A stretch of 64,000 nucleotides of DNA. Origin: Squalus acanthias (Eukaryota). Below are positions 1 to 11,678 of the stretch, piece after piece. The position numbers were made by a program, and so were the translations under genes. The notes beneath the pieces were generated by a model. The model did no database searches. It was not told where the DNA came from and saw nothing but the letters and a program-made list of their open reading frames with translations. The number at the start of each line of letters is the position of its first letter. Positions within the stretch are counted from its first letter, which is position 1. Location of the stretch: the NCBI GenBank assembly GCA_030390025.1, contig CM059432.1, positions 122,018,001 through 122,082,000 of the forward strand. Direction: 5' to 3'.

Positions 1-1295
1 AGTGGCACAAAGAGCGCCGAGAGCGGGAGCAGTGGACTAAAGAGTGCAGAGAGCGGGAGCAGTGGACTAAAGAGTGCCGAGAGTGGGAGCAGCGGTATAA
101 AGAGCGCCGAGAGCGGGAGCAGCGGAATAAAGAGCGCCGAGAGCAGGAGCAGCGGTATAAAGAGCGCCGAGAGTGGGAGAAGCGGCACAAAGAGCGCCGA
201 GAGCGGGAGCAGTGGAATAAAGAGCGCCGAGAGCGGGAGCAGAGGTATAAAGAGCGCCGAGAGTGGGAGCAGCGGCACAAAGAGCGCCGAGAGCAGGAGC
301 AGCGGCACAAAGAGCGCCGAGAGTGGGAGCAGCTGTACAAAGAGCGCCGAGAGCGGGAGCAGCGGCTCAAAGGGCGCCGAGAGTGGGAGCAGCGGTACAA
401 AGAGCACCGAGAGCGGGAACAGCGGAAAAAAGAGCGCCGAGAGCGGGAGCAGCAGTACAAAGAGCGCCGAGAGCGGGAGCAGCGGTACAAAGAGCGCCGA
501 GAGCGGGAACAGCGGAATAAAGAGCGCCGAGAGCGGGAGCAGCGGTATAAAGAGCGCCGAGAGCGGGAGCAGCAGTATAAAGAGCGCCGAGAGCGGGAGC
601 AGCGGTACAAAGAGCGCCGAGAGCGGGAGCAGCGGTATAAAGAGCGCCGAGAGCGGGAACAGCAGAATAAAGAGCGCCGAGAGCGGGAGCAGCGGTATAA
701 AGAGCGCCGAGAGCGGGAGCAGCAGTATAAAGAGCGCCGAGAGTGGGAGCAGCGGTATAAAGAGCGCCGAGAGCGGGAGCAGCAGTATAAAGAGCGGCGA
801 GAGTGGGAGCAGCGGTATAAAGAGCGCCGAGAGCGGGAGCAGCGGTACAAAGAGCGCCGAGAGCGGGAGCAGCGGTATAAAGAGCGCCGAGAGCGGGAGG
901 AGCAGTATAAAGAGCGCTGAGAGCGGGAGCAGTGAAACAAAGAGCGCCGAGAGCGGGAGCAGCGACACAAAGAGCGGCGAGAGCGGGCGCAGCGGTATAA
1001 AGAGCGCCGAGAGCGGGAACAGCAGAATAAAGAGCGCCGAGAGCGGGAGCAGCGGTATAAAGAGCGCCGAGAGCGGGAGCAGCAGTATAAAGAGCGCCGA
1101 GAGTGGGAGCAGCGGTATAAAGAGCGCCGAGAGCGGGAGCAGCAGTATAAAGAGCGGCGAGAGTGGGAGCAGCGGTATAAAGAGCGCCGAGAGCGGGAGC
1201 AGCGGTACAAAGAGCGCCGAGAGCGGGAGCAGCGGTATAAAGAGCGCGGAGAGCGGGAGCAGCGACACAAAGAGCGCCGAGAGTGGAAGCAGCGC
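1..1295 (+). repeat. 30-bp GC-rich tandem minisatellite (~43 units, consensus AGCGGTATAAAGAGCGCCGAGAGCGGGAGC) directly 5' of a CR1 LINE
   Basis: Exact 30-nt periodicity from the window start to ~1295, with no unique spacers; runs straight into the CR1 5' region. Confidence 0.95.
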
Positions 1296-1577
1296 CGGAA
1301 GGAGCCGACCTGGTGAGAGCGGCAGCAACTCGACAGAGGCAGTTTTTGGAAAAAGTGACGTCAGAGTAAAAAAAATGACGTCAGCACAAGGGAAGGAGCT
1401 GATTGGTGAGTAGCTGGTGAGTGTATTTTTTTAAGTTTATAAGTTTATTTCTGCTAAGTTAGTTAATAGCCTATTAAATAGAGGGAAAGAGCTTATTGAT
1501 GAGTAGCTGGGGAGTGTTTTTTGTTAAGTTTTAAGTTTATTTCTGCTGGGTTAGTTCTTAGTCTATTAAATAGAGGC

Positions 1578-2520
1578 ATGACAGGGCAGCTCAGTCCTGT
1601 GGAGTGCACATCCTGTGCCATGTGGGAAGTCCTGGACACTTGGCGTAGCCTGGAGGACCACATGTGCGGGAAGTGTCGCCAGCTACAACGACTCGAGCTC
1701 TGGGTTTCGGAGCTTGAGTGGCGGCTGGAGTCACTGCGGTGCATCCGGGAGGCTGAGAGTTACGTGGATAGCATGTTTCTAGAGGGGGCCACCCTGCAGC
1801 TTAAGAGTGTGCAGGCAGAGAGGGAATGGGTGACCACCAGACAGACAAGGAGGGCCAGGCAGGTAGTGCAGGAGTCCCCGGAGTGCATCGCGCTCTCCAA
1901 CCAGTATTCTGTTCTGAGTACTGGTGAGGGCAATGGTTCCTCTGGGGACTGCAGCCAGAGTCAAGTCCACGGCACCACGGATGGTTCAGCTGCATAGGGG
2001 GGGAGGAAAAAGAGTGGAAGAGCAATAGTGGTAGGGGATTCGATAGTTAGGGGAGCAGACAGGTGTTTCTGTGGCCATAGACGTGACTCCAGGATGGTAT
2101 GTTGCCTCCCTGGTGCCAGGGTCAAGGATGTCACTGATTGGCTACAGGACACTCTGAGAGGGGAAGCCAGAGGTCGTTGTCCATATCGGTACCAACGACA
2201 TAGGCAGAAAGAGGGATGAGGTCCTGCAGGCAGAGTTCAGGGAGCTAGGAGAGAGATTAAAAAGCAGGACCTCAAAGGTAGTAATCTCCAGATTACTCCC
2301 GGTGCCACGTGCTAGTGAGTACAGGAATAGGAGGATAGAACAGATGAATGCGTGGCTGGAGAGCTGGTGCAGGAGGGAGGGCTTTAGATTCCTGAGGCAT
2401 TGGGACCGTTTCTGGGCAAGCTGGGACCTGTACAAGCCGGACGGGTTACACCTCAACAGAGCCAGGACTAATATTCTTGCGGGGAGGTTTGCTAGTGATG
2501 TTGGGGAGGGTTTAAAGTAG
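1578..2520 (+). pseudogene. CR1 ORF1 (zinc finger-coiled coil-SGNH/GDSL esterase), disrupted
   Basis: CTSC...HMCGKC, VGDSIVRG, HIGTND and DGLHLN motifs; stop at 1995-1997 and frameshift near 2160. Confidence 0.85.
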
Positions 2521-2570
2521 CTTGGCAGGAGGATGGGCACCAGCATACAGGAGTAGAAAAAAGGAATAAG

Positions 2571-5500
2571 TTGCTTAAAAGAGTGAGTGTGTTGGATAGT
2601 ACTAGAGAAGATAGTGCTAGAGGCAGTAGTAGTACCATATTAGATAGGAGCAGACTAAGAAAGACTACGAAAAATTCAAAAATCGGTTTAGAATGCATGT
2701 ACGTAAACGCACAAAGTGTGGTGAATAAGGTTGGTGAGCTACAAGCACAATTAGCCGAGTGGCAATATGATGTTGTGGCAATAACAGAAACGTGGCTTAA
2801 AAATGGTGTGGACTGGGCACTTAATATTCAAGGGTAGAAGGTGTTCATAAAAGATAGGGAAGGAAAAAAGGGAGGTGGGGTGGCAGTGCTGATTAAGGAA
2901 GATATTGTAGTGTTGGAAAGGGAGGATGTTCTTGAGGGGACAAGGACAGAATCTATTTGGTTAGAGCTGAGGAGCAAAAAGGTTATGATCACGCTATTGG
3001 GGGTATTCTATAGGCTTCCAAATAGTGAGAGGGAGGTAGAAGAGCAAATCTGCAGGGAAATCGCAGAGATATGCAAGAGCTATAGAGTGGTGATATTGGG
3101 GGACTTTAATTTCACAAATATCGATTGGGATAATGCTAGGGTAAAGGGAAACGAGGGGGAGGAATTTCTGAAATGTGTTCAGGAGAATTTCCTTGACCAA
3201 TATGTTCTTGGCCCAACTAGGAAGGAGGCATTGCTGGATCTGGTGCTGGGGAATGAGGTGGGCCAGGTCGAGCAAGTGTCTGTGGGAGAACACTTGGGTA
3301 CGAGTGATCATCGTATCATAAGATTTAGATTAGCAATGGAGAGGAGCAAGGGACAATCTGGAGTGGAACTTCTAAACTGGAATCAGGCTAACTTCAATGG
3401 GATGCGAAAGGATCTAGCCAGGGTAAAATGGAACCAAAGACTGACAGGAAAAACTGTAACGGAACAATAGGTGATCTTTAAGGAGGAGATGTTCAAAGTA
3501 CAGGCTAGGTACATTCCAACAAGAGGGAAGGGTAAGGGAACCAAAGCAAGGGCTCCTTGGATGACGAGGGAGATAGAGAAGATGATGAAACAAAAAAAGA
3601 GGGTGTATGATGCATGTCAGGTGAATTGTTCAAGGGAGAACCAGACCAAATAGAATAAGTTGAGAGGGGATGTGAAGATGAAAATAAGATTGGCAAAGAG
3701 AGAATATGAGAGTAGAATGGCGGTTAACATAAAAGAGAACCCAAAAATATTCTGTCGGCATGTAAACGGTAAGCGGGTAGTAAGAGGCGGGGTGGGGCCT
3801 ATTAGAGACAAAGAAGGTGATATATGCTGAGAGGCGCATGGCAAGGCTAGAATACTCAATGAGTACTTTGTATTGGTGTTAACTAAGGAGGTGGATGCTG
3901 ACAAAATATCGGTAGAAGTGGAAAAGGTAGAAGCAATGGAAGGGGTGAAAATTGATACACAGGATGTACTAGAAAGGCTGGGTATGCTTAGAGTTGACAA
4001 GTCGCCTGGTCCAGATGGCTTGCATCCCAGGTTGCTAAGGGAATTGGGGGAGGAGTTAGAGGAAGGGCTTGCCATAATTTTCAAATCTTCCCCAGGTGCG
4101 GGGGAGGGGCCTGAGGATTGGAAAGTGGCAAATGTGACACCATTGTTCAAGAAAAGGTGTAAGGACAATCCCAGTAACTACAAGCTTAAACTACAGTTTA
4201 ACATCAGTGGTGAATAAAGTTTTAGAAACAATAATTAAGGAAAAAATTAACTGGTGCTTGGAGAGCTTTAAGCTAATTAAGGAGAGCCAACACAGATTTG
4301 TAAAAGGCAGATCGTGTTTGACTAATCGAATTGAATTGTTTGGTGAAGTAACAGAGAGGATCGATGAAGGAAATGCAATGGATGTTGTCTACATGGATTT
4401 TAGGAAGGCGTATGACAAAGTACCACATAGAAGGCTGGTTAACAAAATTGAGGCTCATGGAATAGGTGGGTCAGTGGCAGCTTGGATAAGGAATTGGCTT
4501 AAGGACAGAAAACAGCAAGTTGTGGTAAATGGCTGTTTTTCAGACTGGAGGATGGTAGATAGTGGTGTTCCCCACGGGTCAATGCTGGGGCCACTGCTTT
4601 TTTTGATATATATAAATGACCTGGATATTGCAATGCAGAGTAGAATTTCTAAATTTGCCGATGACACCAAACTTGGGGGTGTGGCAAACAGGACATAAAA
4701 AGGCTAGCAGAATGGGCAGACAAGTGGCAGATGGAATTAAATACAGAGAAGTGTGAGGTGATGCATTTTGGCAGAAGCAACAGGGAGAGCCAATATACAC
4801 TTAATGGCACAGTTTTAAAGAGTGTGCAGGGACAGAGGGACCTGGGAGTTAATGTGCATAGATCCCTGAAGGTGGCAGGCCATATTGAGAGAGTGGTTCG
4901 CAAAGCATATGGCATCTTGGGTTTCATAAATAGAGGTATTGAGTAGAAAAGTAAAGAAGTATACTGAACCTTTATAAAGCGCTGGTTAGGCCACAACTGA
5001 AGTATTGCGTCCAGTTCTGGTCACCACACTTTAGGAAGGATGTGAAGGCACTTGAGTGGGTGCAGAAGAAATTTACCAGAATGGTTCCGGGAATGGGGGA
5101 TCTTAGCTACAAGGACAGGTTGGAGAAGCTTGATTTGTTTTCATTAGAGCAAAGGAGGTTGAGGGGTGATTTGATAGAGGTGTACAAGATTATGACGGGT
5201 TTGGATAGGCTAGACGGGGAAAGGCTGTTCCCACTAGTTGATGGTACAATGAGTAGGGGACACAGATTTAAGGTTTTGGGCAAGAGATACAGGGGGGATG
5301 TGAGGAAAAACTTTTTTACGCAGCGAGTGGTGAGGACCAGGAATTCACTGCCGACGGAAGTGGTGGAAGCGGAGACACTCAGGGGGAAAAATTCAGTTGG
5401 TTGCGCCTCCCGTTAGCGTCTTAAGAGGGCGCTAATGGGGCGCAAAGCATCCAGCGCACAGGCGCGGCGATGTTTGCGCCGCTCGCGAAATTAACTAGAC

Positions 5501-6364
5501 ATTTTGCGGCGGCGCTGAACACTACCGCCACGATCTCCTGCGCCGGCAGATCGTGACGTCAGTCGAGTGCGCAACGCCCCGGTATCGCCCCGGAGCGGAT
5601 ATTGAGTGGCGCCCCCTGCCTTACCGCCTGACGCTAGCAATGACAGGTTGAGGGGAGCGTTCTGCAGTCATGAAGGGAAAGGGGGAGCGCTATTTAAAGG
5701 TGACCGCTTCCTGCCTTTTATTGTTGGTGCCATTTTTGAACTACGCATTCTGAGAGAGAGAGAGAGAGAGAGACTTCTGGAGAGATTCAACGTTGTGTGA
5801 AGGAGTTTTGGGTACTGAGCAGCACTTTGCAGGTTCATTTTGATTTGCCATTCCTTGTATCGATTTAGAAGAGACTGTGGGGGCTGCACTCTGAGCTCTT
5901 TGCCTGGTACTCTCCATTGTTCTTTCCAGCAGATTTGATGTGCAGGGCTCTCCAGGCCGAGATTCAAGGCTGCAATTAGCAGGATGTGGATGGAAAGTGA
6001 GATTAACCATCCCCTTTAAGAACTGGCCCGTGCCATTGTGTGTGTGTTCCATTGCTGACTGACATTACATGAGCTTCGCCAGCGCTCTGAGGTAGCGCCT
6101 CGCTCCTCGGCCTTTGCGCCTTAAGACAGGTGTGAAGCGCCTGATTTAGCACTTCAATCACCTCCAGGGGCGATAAAAGTCAAGTTTGCAGTCGGTGGCG
6201 ATAATTAGCGCCAGGCGCTAATCTTTGCGCCCGGCCGATAATTGCGCCCCAAATGGGGCGATACTGAATTTCTCCCCCTCAATGTTTTCAAGGGGAGACT
6301 GGATAGGCACTTGAGGGAAATAAACTCGCAGGGCTACGGGGATAGAGCGGGGGAATGGGACTGA
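2571..6364 (+). pseudogene. CR1 ORF2 endonuclease-reverse transcriptase with multiple stops/frameshifts, interrupted by a MITE at 5382-6278
   Basis: ITETWL, GDFNF, SDH (APE); [20 protein letters not shown] (RT); C-terminus resumes at 6282. Confidence 0.9.
5382..6278 (+). mobile_element. Non-autonomous Harbinger (family A MITE, 897 bp), TSD TCA
   Basis: TIR GGGGGAAAAATTCAGT / ACTGAATTTCTCCCCC; TCA at 5379-5381 and 6279-6281; ends homologous to the 9711-14020 element. Confidence 0.92.
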
Positions 6365-6932
6365 CTGGATTGCTCTACAGAGAGCCGGCACGGACTCTAT
6401 GGGCCGAATGGCCTCCTTCTGTGCCGTTATGACTCTATGGGGGAAAAATTCAGTTGGTTGCGCCCCCCGTTAGCGCCTTAAGAGGGCGCTAATGGGCCGC
6501 AAAGCATCCAGCGCCCAGGCGCGGCGAAGTTTGCGCCGCTCGCGAAATTAACTAGACATTTTGCGGCGCCGCTAAACACTACCGCCACGATCTCCTGCGC
6601 CGGCAGATCGTGACGTCAGTCGAGTGCGCAACGCCCCGGTATCGCCCCGGAGCGGATATTGAGTGGCGCCCCCTGCCTTACCGCCTGACGCTAGCAACGA
6701 CAGGTTGAGGGGAGCGTTCTGCAGTCATGAAGGGAAAGGGGGAGCGCTATTTAAAGGCGACCGCTTCCTGCCTTTTATTGTTGGTGCCATTTTTCAACCA
6801 CGCATTCTGAGAGAGAGAGAGAGAGACTTCTCGAGAGATTCAACGCTGTGTGAAGGAGTTTTGGTTACTGAGCAGCACTTTGCAGGTTCATTTTGATTTG
6901 CCCTTCCTTGTATCAATTTCAAGATAGAGTCC

Positions 6933-9341
6933 ATGCTCTCAGCCTGTGCTCAGGACACAGCAGACCAGTTACGAGACACCGCCAAACAGACGAGGCAACG
7001 GAACTACGCTGCCTACATACGCATCAAGAACAGGAAGCTTGAGAAACTCGGCATCACCACCAGCAGCAACCAAGCCTCCCCCGGTACCACGGTTGCAACC
7101 ACAGGGAAGTCCATCGTCAATTTGTCCGACCACACCCTTCAACCAGACAAAATCGAAGTTCTCGCCCTAGGGCTCAAGTTCTGCCCCACCACCAAAATGG
7201 ACCCCATCGGTCTCGCGGCAGACACGGAGGAATTCATCAGGAGAATGAGGCTCCGGGAATACTTCCACAAATCCCAAGATGTCAGCAACAAACCCAATGA
7301 GACAATCAATGATCCAGAACAGCAGACAGAGGGACTCGCAGTGCAGCAACCGAAGAAAAAAGAGTCAAATTGGACCCCTCCGGAGGGTCGCTGCCCCAAG
7401 CTTGACATGTATGCTCAAGCTGTCAGGAGATGCATCAACGCCAGATTCATCAGCCGCACTCACAAGACAGTCCGGAATGTCACCCGAGCACAACGCAACG
7501 CAATCCACGCTCTCAAGACCAACCGCAACATCGTCATCAAACCAGCGGACAAAGGAGGAGCCATCGTCATACAGAACAGAATGGACTATTGCAAAGAAGC
7601 ATACCGACAACTGGACAACCTGGAACACTACAGACAGTTACCCGCAGATCCGACCAAAGAACACACCCGCCAATTCAATAGACTGATCAAGACCTTCGAT
7701 CCAGACCTTCAAAGCATCCTACGCGCTCTCATCCCACGTACTCCCCGCGTGGGAGACTTCTACTGCCTCCCAAAGATACACAAAGCCAACACACCTGGAC
7801 GTCCTATCGTATCAGGCAACGGAACCCTGTGTGAGAACCTCTCTGGATACGTCGAGGGCATCCTGAAACCCATCGTACAGGGAACCCCCAGCTTCTGCCG
7901 TGACACCACAGACTTCTTACAGAAACTCAGCACCCACGGACCAGTTGAACCAGGAACACTCCTCGCCACGATGGATGTATCGGTACTCTACACCAGTATC
8001 CCCCACGATGACGGCATCGCTGCGACAGCCTCAGTACTCAACACCAACAACAGCCAATCTTCAGACGCCATCCTACAACTCATCCGCTTCATCCTTGACC
8101 ACAATGTCTTCACCTTCGACAACCATTTTTTTACCCAAACACACGGAACAGCCATGGGGACCAAATTCGCACCCCAATACGCCAACATCTTCATGCACAA
8201 GTTCGAGCAAGACTTCTTCGCTGCACAGGACCTCCAGCCAACGCTGTACACCAGATACATCGATGACATTTTCTTCCTTTGGACCCATGGCGAAGGATCA
8301 CTGAAAAGACTACACGATAACATAAACAAGTTCCATCCCACCATCAAACTCACTATGGACTACTCCTCAGAATCGGTTTCATTCCTGGACACACGAATCT
8401 CCATCAAAGACGGACACCTCAGCACTTCACTCTACCGCAAGCCCACGGACAACCTCATGATGCTCCACTTCTCCAGCTTCCACCCTAACCACGTTAAAGA
8501 AGCCATCCCCTATGGACAAGCCCTGCGAATACACAGGATCTGCTCAGACGAGGAGGAACGCGATGGACACCTACGGACGCTGAAAAACGCCCTCGTAAGA
8601 ACGGGATATGACGCTTGACTCATCGATCGACAGTTCCGACGGGCCACAGCGAAAAATCGCATAGACCTCCTCAGAAGGCAAACACGGGACACAACCAACA
8701 GGGTACCCTACGTCGTCCAGTACTTCCCCGGAGCGGAGAAACTACGCCATGTTCTTCGCAGCCTCCAACATGTCATCGATGACGACGAACACCTCGCTAA
8801 GGCCATCCCCACGCCTCCACTACTTGCCTTCAAACAGCCGCCTAACCTCAGAAGTACCATCGTTCGCAGCAAATTACCCAGCTTTCAGGATAACAGCGAC
8901 CACGACACCACACAACCCTGCCACGGCAACCTCTGCAAGACATGCCAGATCATCAACACAGATACCATCATCACACATGAGGACACTACCCACCAGGTAC
9001 ATGGTACATACTCATGTGACTCGGCCAACGTTGTCTACCTCATACGTTGCAGGAAAGAATGCACCGTGGCATGGTACATCGGCGAGACCATGCAGACACT
9101 GAGACAACGTATGAACGGACACCGCGCAACAATCACCAGGCAGGAGTGTTCCCTCCCAGTTGGGGAACACTTCAGCAGTCAAGGACATTCAGCCTCGGAT
9201 CTGCGGGTAAGCGTTCTCCAAGGCGGCCTTAGAAACACACGACAACGCAAAATCATCGAGCAGAAATTGATAGCCAAGTTCCGCACTCATGAGGACGGCC
9301 TCAACCGGGATCTTGGGTTTATGTCACGATACATGTCGTGA
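6933..9341 (+). pseudogene. Penelope RT-GIY-YIG polyprotein with one premature TGA at 8616-8618
   Basis: IKPADKGG, LPKIHK, GTAMG, YIDDIF and FLD RT motifs; the same frame continues past the stop to NVVYLIRC...WYIGET (GIY-YIG) and ends at 9341. Confidence 0.9.
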
Positions 9342-9654
9342 TCCAGACTCGAGTCGTCATTGGCTTGTTCACAGATGTGATTCCCAGTAAAAAAGTAAAA
9401 AAAATTAAAGTTTATCGTTTCCCATACCAACTGCGGCTTTTGACACATTGGACACCCTGTGGCTCCACCTCATTGTCTCAGTTGTATCTTGCTATGTCTT
9501 TGATGTGGTACCTTCCTGGCTGACTTGATTGCCTTTTGTCACACCTCGGCAGATAAACAGTCAGGATGATTTAAATGTAGTCGTCTGCCATTGTAAGTTA
9601 CACATGCATTGTTCTCTATCTATATATGCTTTGTCGATTCTGTATTTCTTTACT

Positions 9655-9692
9655 TCACCTGAGGAAGGGGCGATAGCTCCGAAAGCTCGTGA
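9655..9692 (+). ncRNA. Minimal hammerhead ribozyme in the Penelope pseudo-LTR
   Basis: TCAC-CTGAGGA-A-GGGGC(GATA)GCTCC-GAAA-GC-TC-GTGA: core CUGANGA and GAAA, stem I TCAC/GTGA, stem II hairpin, palindromic AGCT helix III, UC cleavage site. Confidence 0.8.
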
Positions 9693-10223
9693 TTTCAAAT
9701 AAAACTGTTGGGGGTAAAAATTCACTTGGTTGCGCCTCCCGTTAGCGCCTTAAGAGGGCGCTAATGGGGCGTTAAGCCGCTAACGCCCAGGCGCAGCGCT
9801 GTTTGCGCCGCTCGAGAACTTAACTTGAGATTGTGCGGCGGCGCTAAAACTTACCGCTGCGACCACCTGCGCGCGCAGATTGTGACGTCATTCCATGGTG
9901 CAACGCCCTTGGGGCGCCCCGGAGTGGAAATTGAGTGGTGCCCCCTGCCTTACCGCCTGGCGCTTCCAACGACCGGAAGACTGAAACGTTATCAATCGGT
10001 GTGGGGCTGGGGGGGGCGCTATTTAAAGGGGGCCTCTTCCTGTCTTTTTCTGTGGTCGACATTTATGCACCACTCGTTCTGAGAGAGAGAGAGAGATTCG
10101 GAGAGAGAGAGAGAGAGAGACTTCTACATTGACTCAACGCTTTGTGAGGTAGTTTTGCCTATTCATCCTAACTTTGTTGCTACTTTAGTTGCTGTACCTC
10201 ATTACTTTTCTGGCAAAGAGAAT

Positions 10224-11384
10224 ATGGGGGCTGCAATGATTGGGGGCGTCGTCCTGCTCCAGCTGAATCGGAGGATAGTGAGACGCAGACAGAGAGTGGC
10301 AATGATGGCCAGACGGAGGAGGGCCATCAGGCGCATGTACAGGAGAGCTTACCCTCCCAGGGTATATCGTGAACAGCTCTCCTACATCCATATGTCCGAG
10401 GAGCTGTGTTTGCGAAGGCTGCGATTCAGCAAGGAGGTGGTCACTGAGCTCTGCCACCTGCTGCAGCCAGATCTGCAGCCTCAGCTGAGGTCCAGGACGT
10501 CTCTGTCGGTGGCAGTGAAGGTCACAGTGACTTTGAACTTCTACGCCACTGGCTCATTCCAAGCTGCTGTTGGGGACCTCGCCAATATCTCCCAGTTTGC
10601 GGTGCATCGCTGCATCCGGCAGGTCACCAATGCCCTCTTCAGAAGGAGACGAGACTTCATCTCTTTCCCTATGACCCCAGACAAGCAGCGTGACCGTGCT
10701 CTGGGCTTTGCGAGGGTAGCGGGCTTCCCCATGGTGCAGGGCGTCATTGACTGCACGCATGTGGCTTTGCGTGCTCCGCGAGAGAATGCAGAGGAATTCA
10801 GGAACAGAAAGGGGTTCCATTCCTTGAATGTGCAGTTGGTCTGTGACCACAGACAGGTGATACTCGCTGTCAATGCCCACTATCCGGGCAGCTGCCACGA
10901 TGCTTTCATCCTGCGCCAGACTACTGTGGCAGAACTTTTCGAGGCACCGCATCAGCCAGTTGGTTGGCTTCTGGGGGACAAGGGGTACGCATTGAGCACC
11001 TGGCTGATGACACCGCTCCGTACGCCAAACACCCCTGCTGAGCTGCGGTACAATGAAAGCCATCAAGCAACCAGGAACATTATTGAGCGCACAATCGGCG
11101 TGCTGAAACAACGGTTCCGCTGTCTGGACCATTCCGGAGGAGCCCTGCAGTACTCGCCTGAGCAAGTTTCGAACTTCGTAGTCGTGTGCTGCATGTTGCA
11201 CAACATGGCAATCCTCAGGACCCAGCCAATGCCACCAGGCCTTGTAGCACCACCAGAGGAGGAGGAGGAAGAGGAGGAAGAGGACGAGGACGATGATCAT
11301 CAGCAGCACCAAGGCAGGAGGGCGGCCCACAATGGTCAAACTGCAAGGGCCGTCCGTCAACGACTAATAGCAAGCCGCTTCTAG
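10224..11384 (+). CDS. Harbinger DDE transposase (HARBI1-like family), intact; ATG start proposed at 10224
   Basis: IDCTH, GSCHDAFIL, LLGDKGY and RNIIERTIGVLKQRFRCL motifs, acidic C-terminal tail, no stops. Confidence 0.93.
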   Translation: MGAAMIGGVVLLQLNRRIVRRRQRVAMMARRRRAIRRMYRRAYPPRVYREQLSYIHMSEELCLRRLRFSKEVVTELCHLLQPDLQPQLRSRTSLSVAVKVTVTLNFYATGSFQAAVGDLANISQFAVHRCIRQVTNALFRRRRDFISFPMTPDKQRDRALGFARVAGFPMVQGVIDCTHVALRAPRENAEEFRNRKGFHSLNVQLVCDHRQVILAVNAHYPGSCHDAFILRQTTVAELFEAPHQPVGWLLGDKGYALSTWLMTPLRTPNTPAELRYNESHQATRNIIERTIGVLKQRFRCLDHSGGALQYSPEQVSNFVVVCCMLHNMAILRTQPMPPGLVAPPEEEEEEEEEDEDDDHQQHQGRRAAHNGQTARAVRQRLIASRF

Positions 11385-11678
11385 GGCCCCTGCCATTGCT
11401 ACAAACACTAATCAACCCAGCACACAACCCCTAAGCCGGCCAAGGCACCAATAATTCCAACCACCAGCCATGTATATTTTGAATACAGAAACTTATTTAT
11501 TTTACAAACTCTGTGTGTGTCAATTCCTCATGACAAACTCATAGAAATAAACACAAAAAAACAGTCAATAACATAACTGGTTCTCACAACCTGGAGATAA
11601 TGTCCAAAACACTAAACAAAAGTTGGACCATGAACCTCGGCCTTTAATAAAAAAATGACCAGCATTTTGGCACACCTC

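Noticed and set aside
1..1295. CRISPR array, or the 85-aa repeat ORF at 263-520
   Set aside because: Head-to-tail 30-mers have no spacers, no cas genes are present, and the context is eukaryotic; the ORF is a by-product of the repeat, which has in-frame TAA in many units
10554..11360. Long antisense ORFs over the transposases (also 48481-49368 and 58677-59357)
   Set aside because: Shadow frames of GC-rich coding sequence with no motifs; end points differ between copies
10155..11384. Domesticated host gene HARBI1 (and NAIF1/MSANTD for ORF2)
   Set aside because: Multi-copy, bounded by TIRs and TSDs and nested in other repeats, so these are transposon genes
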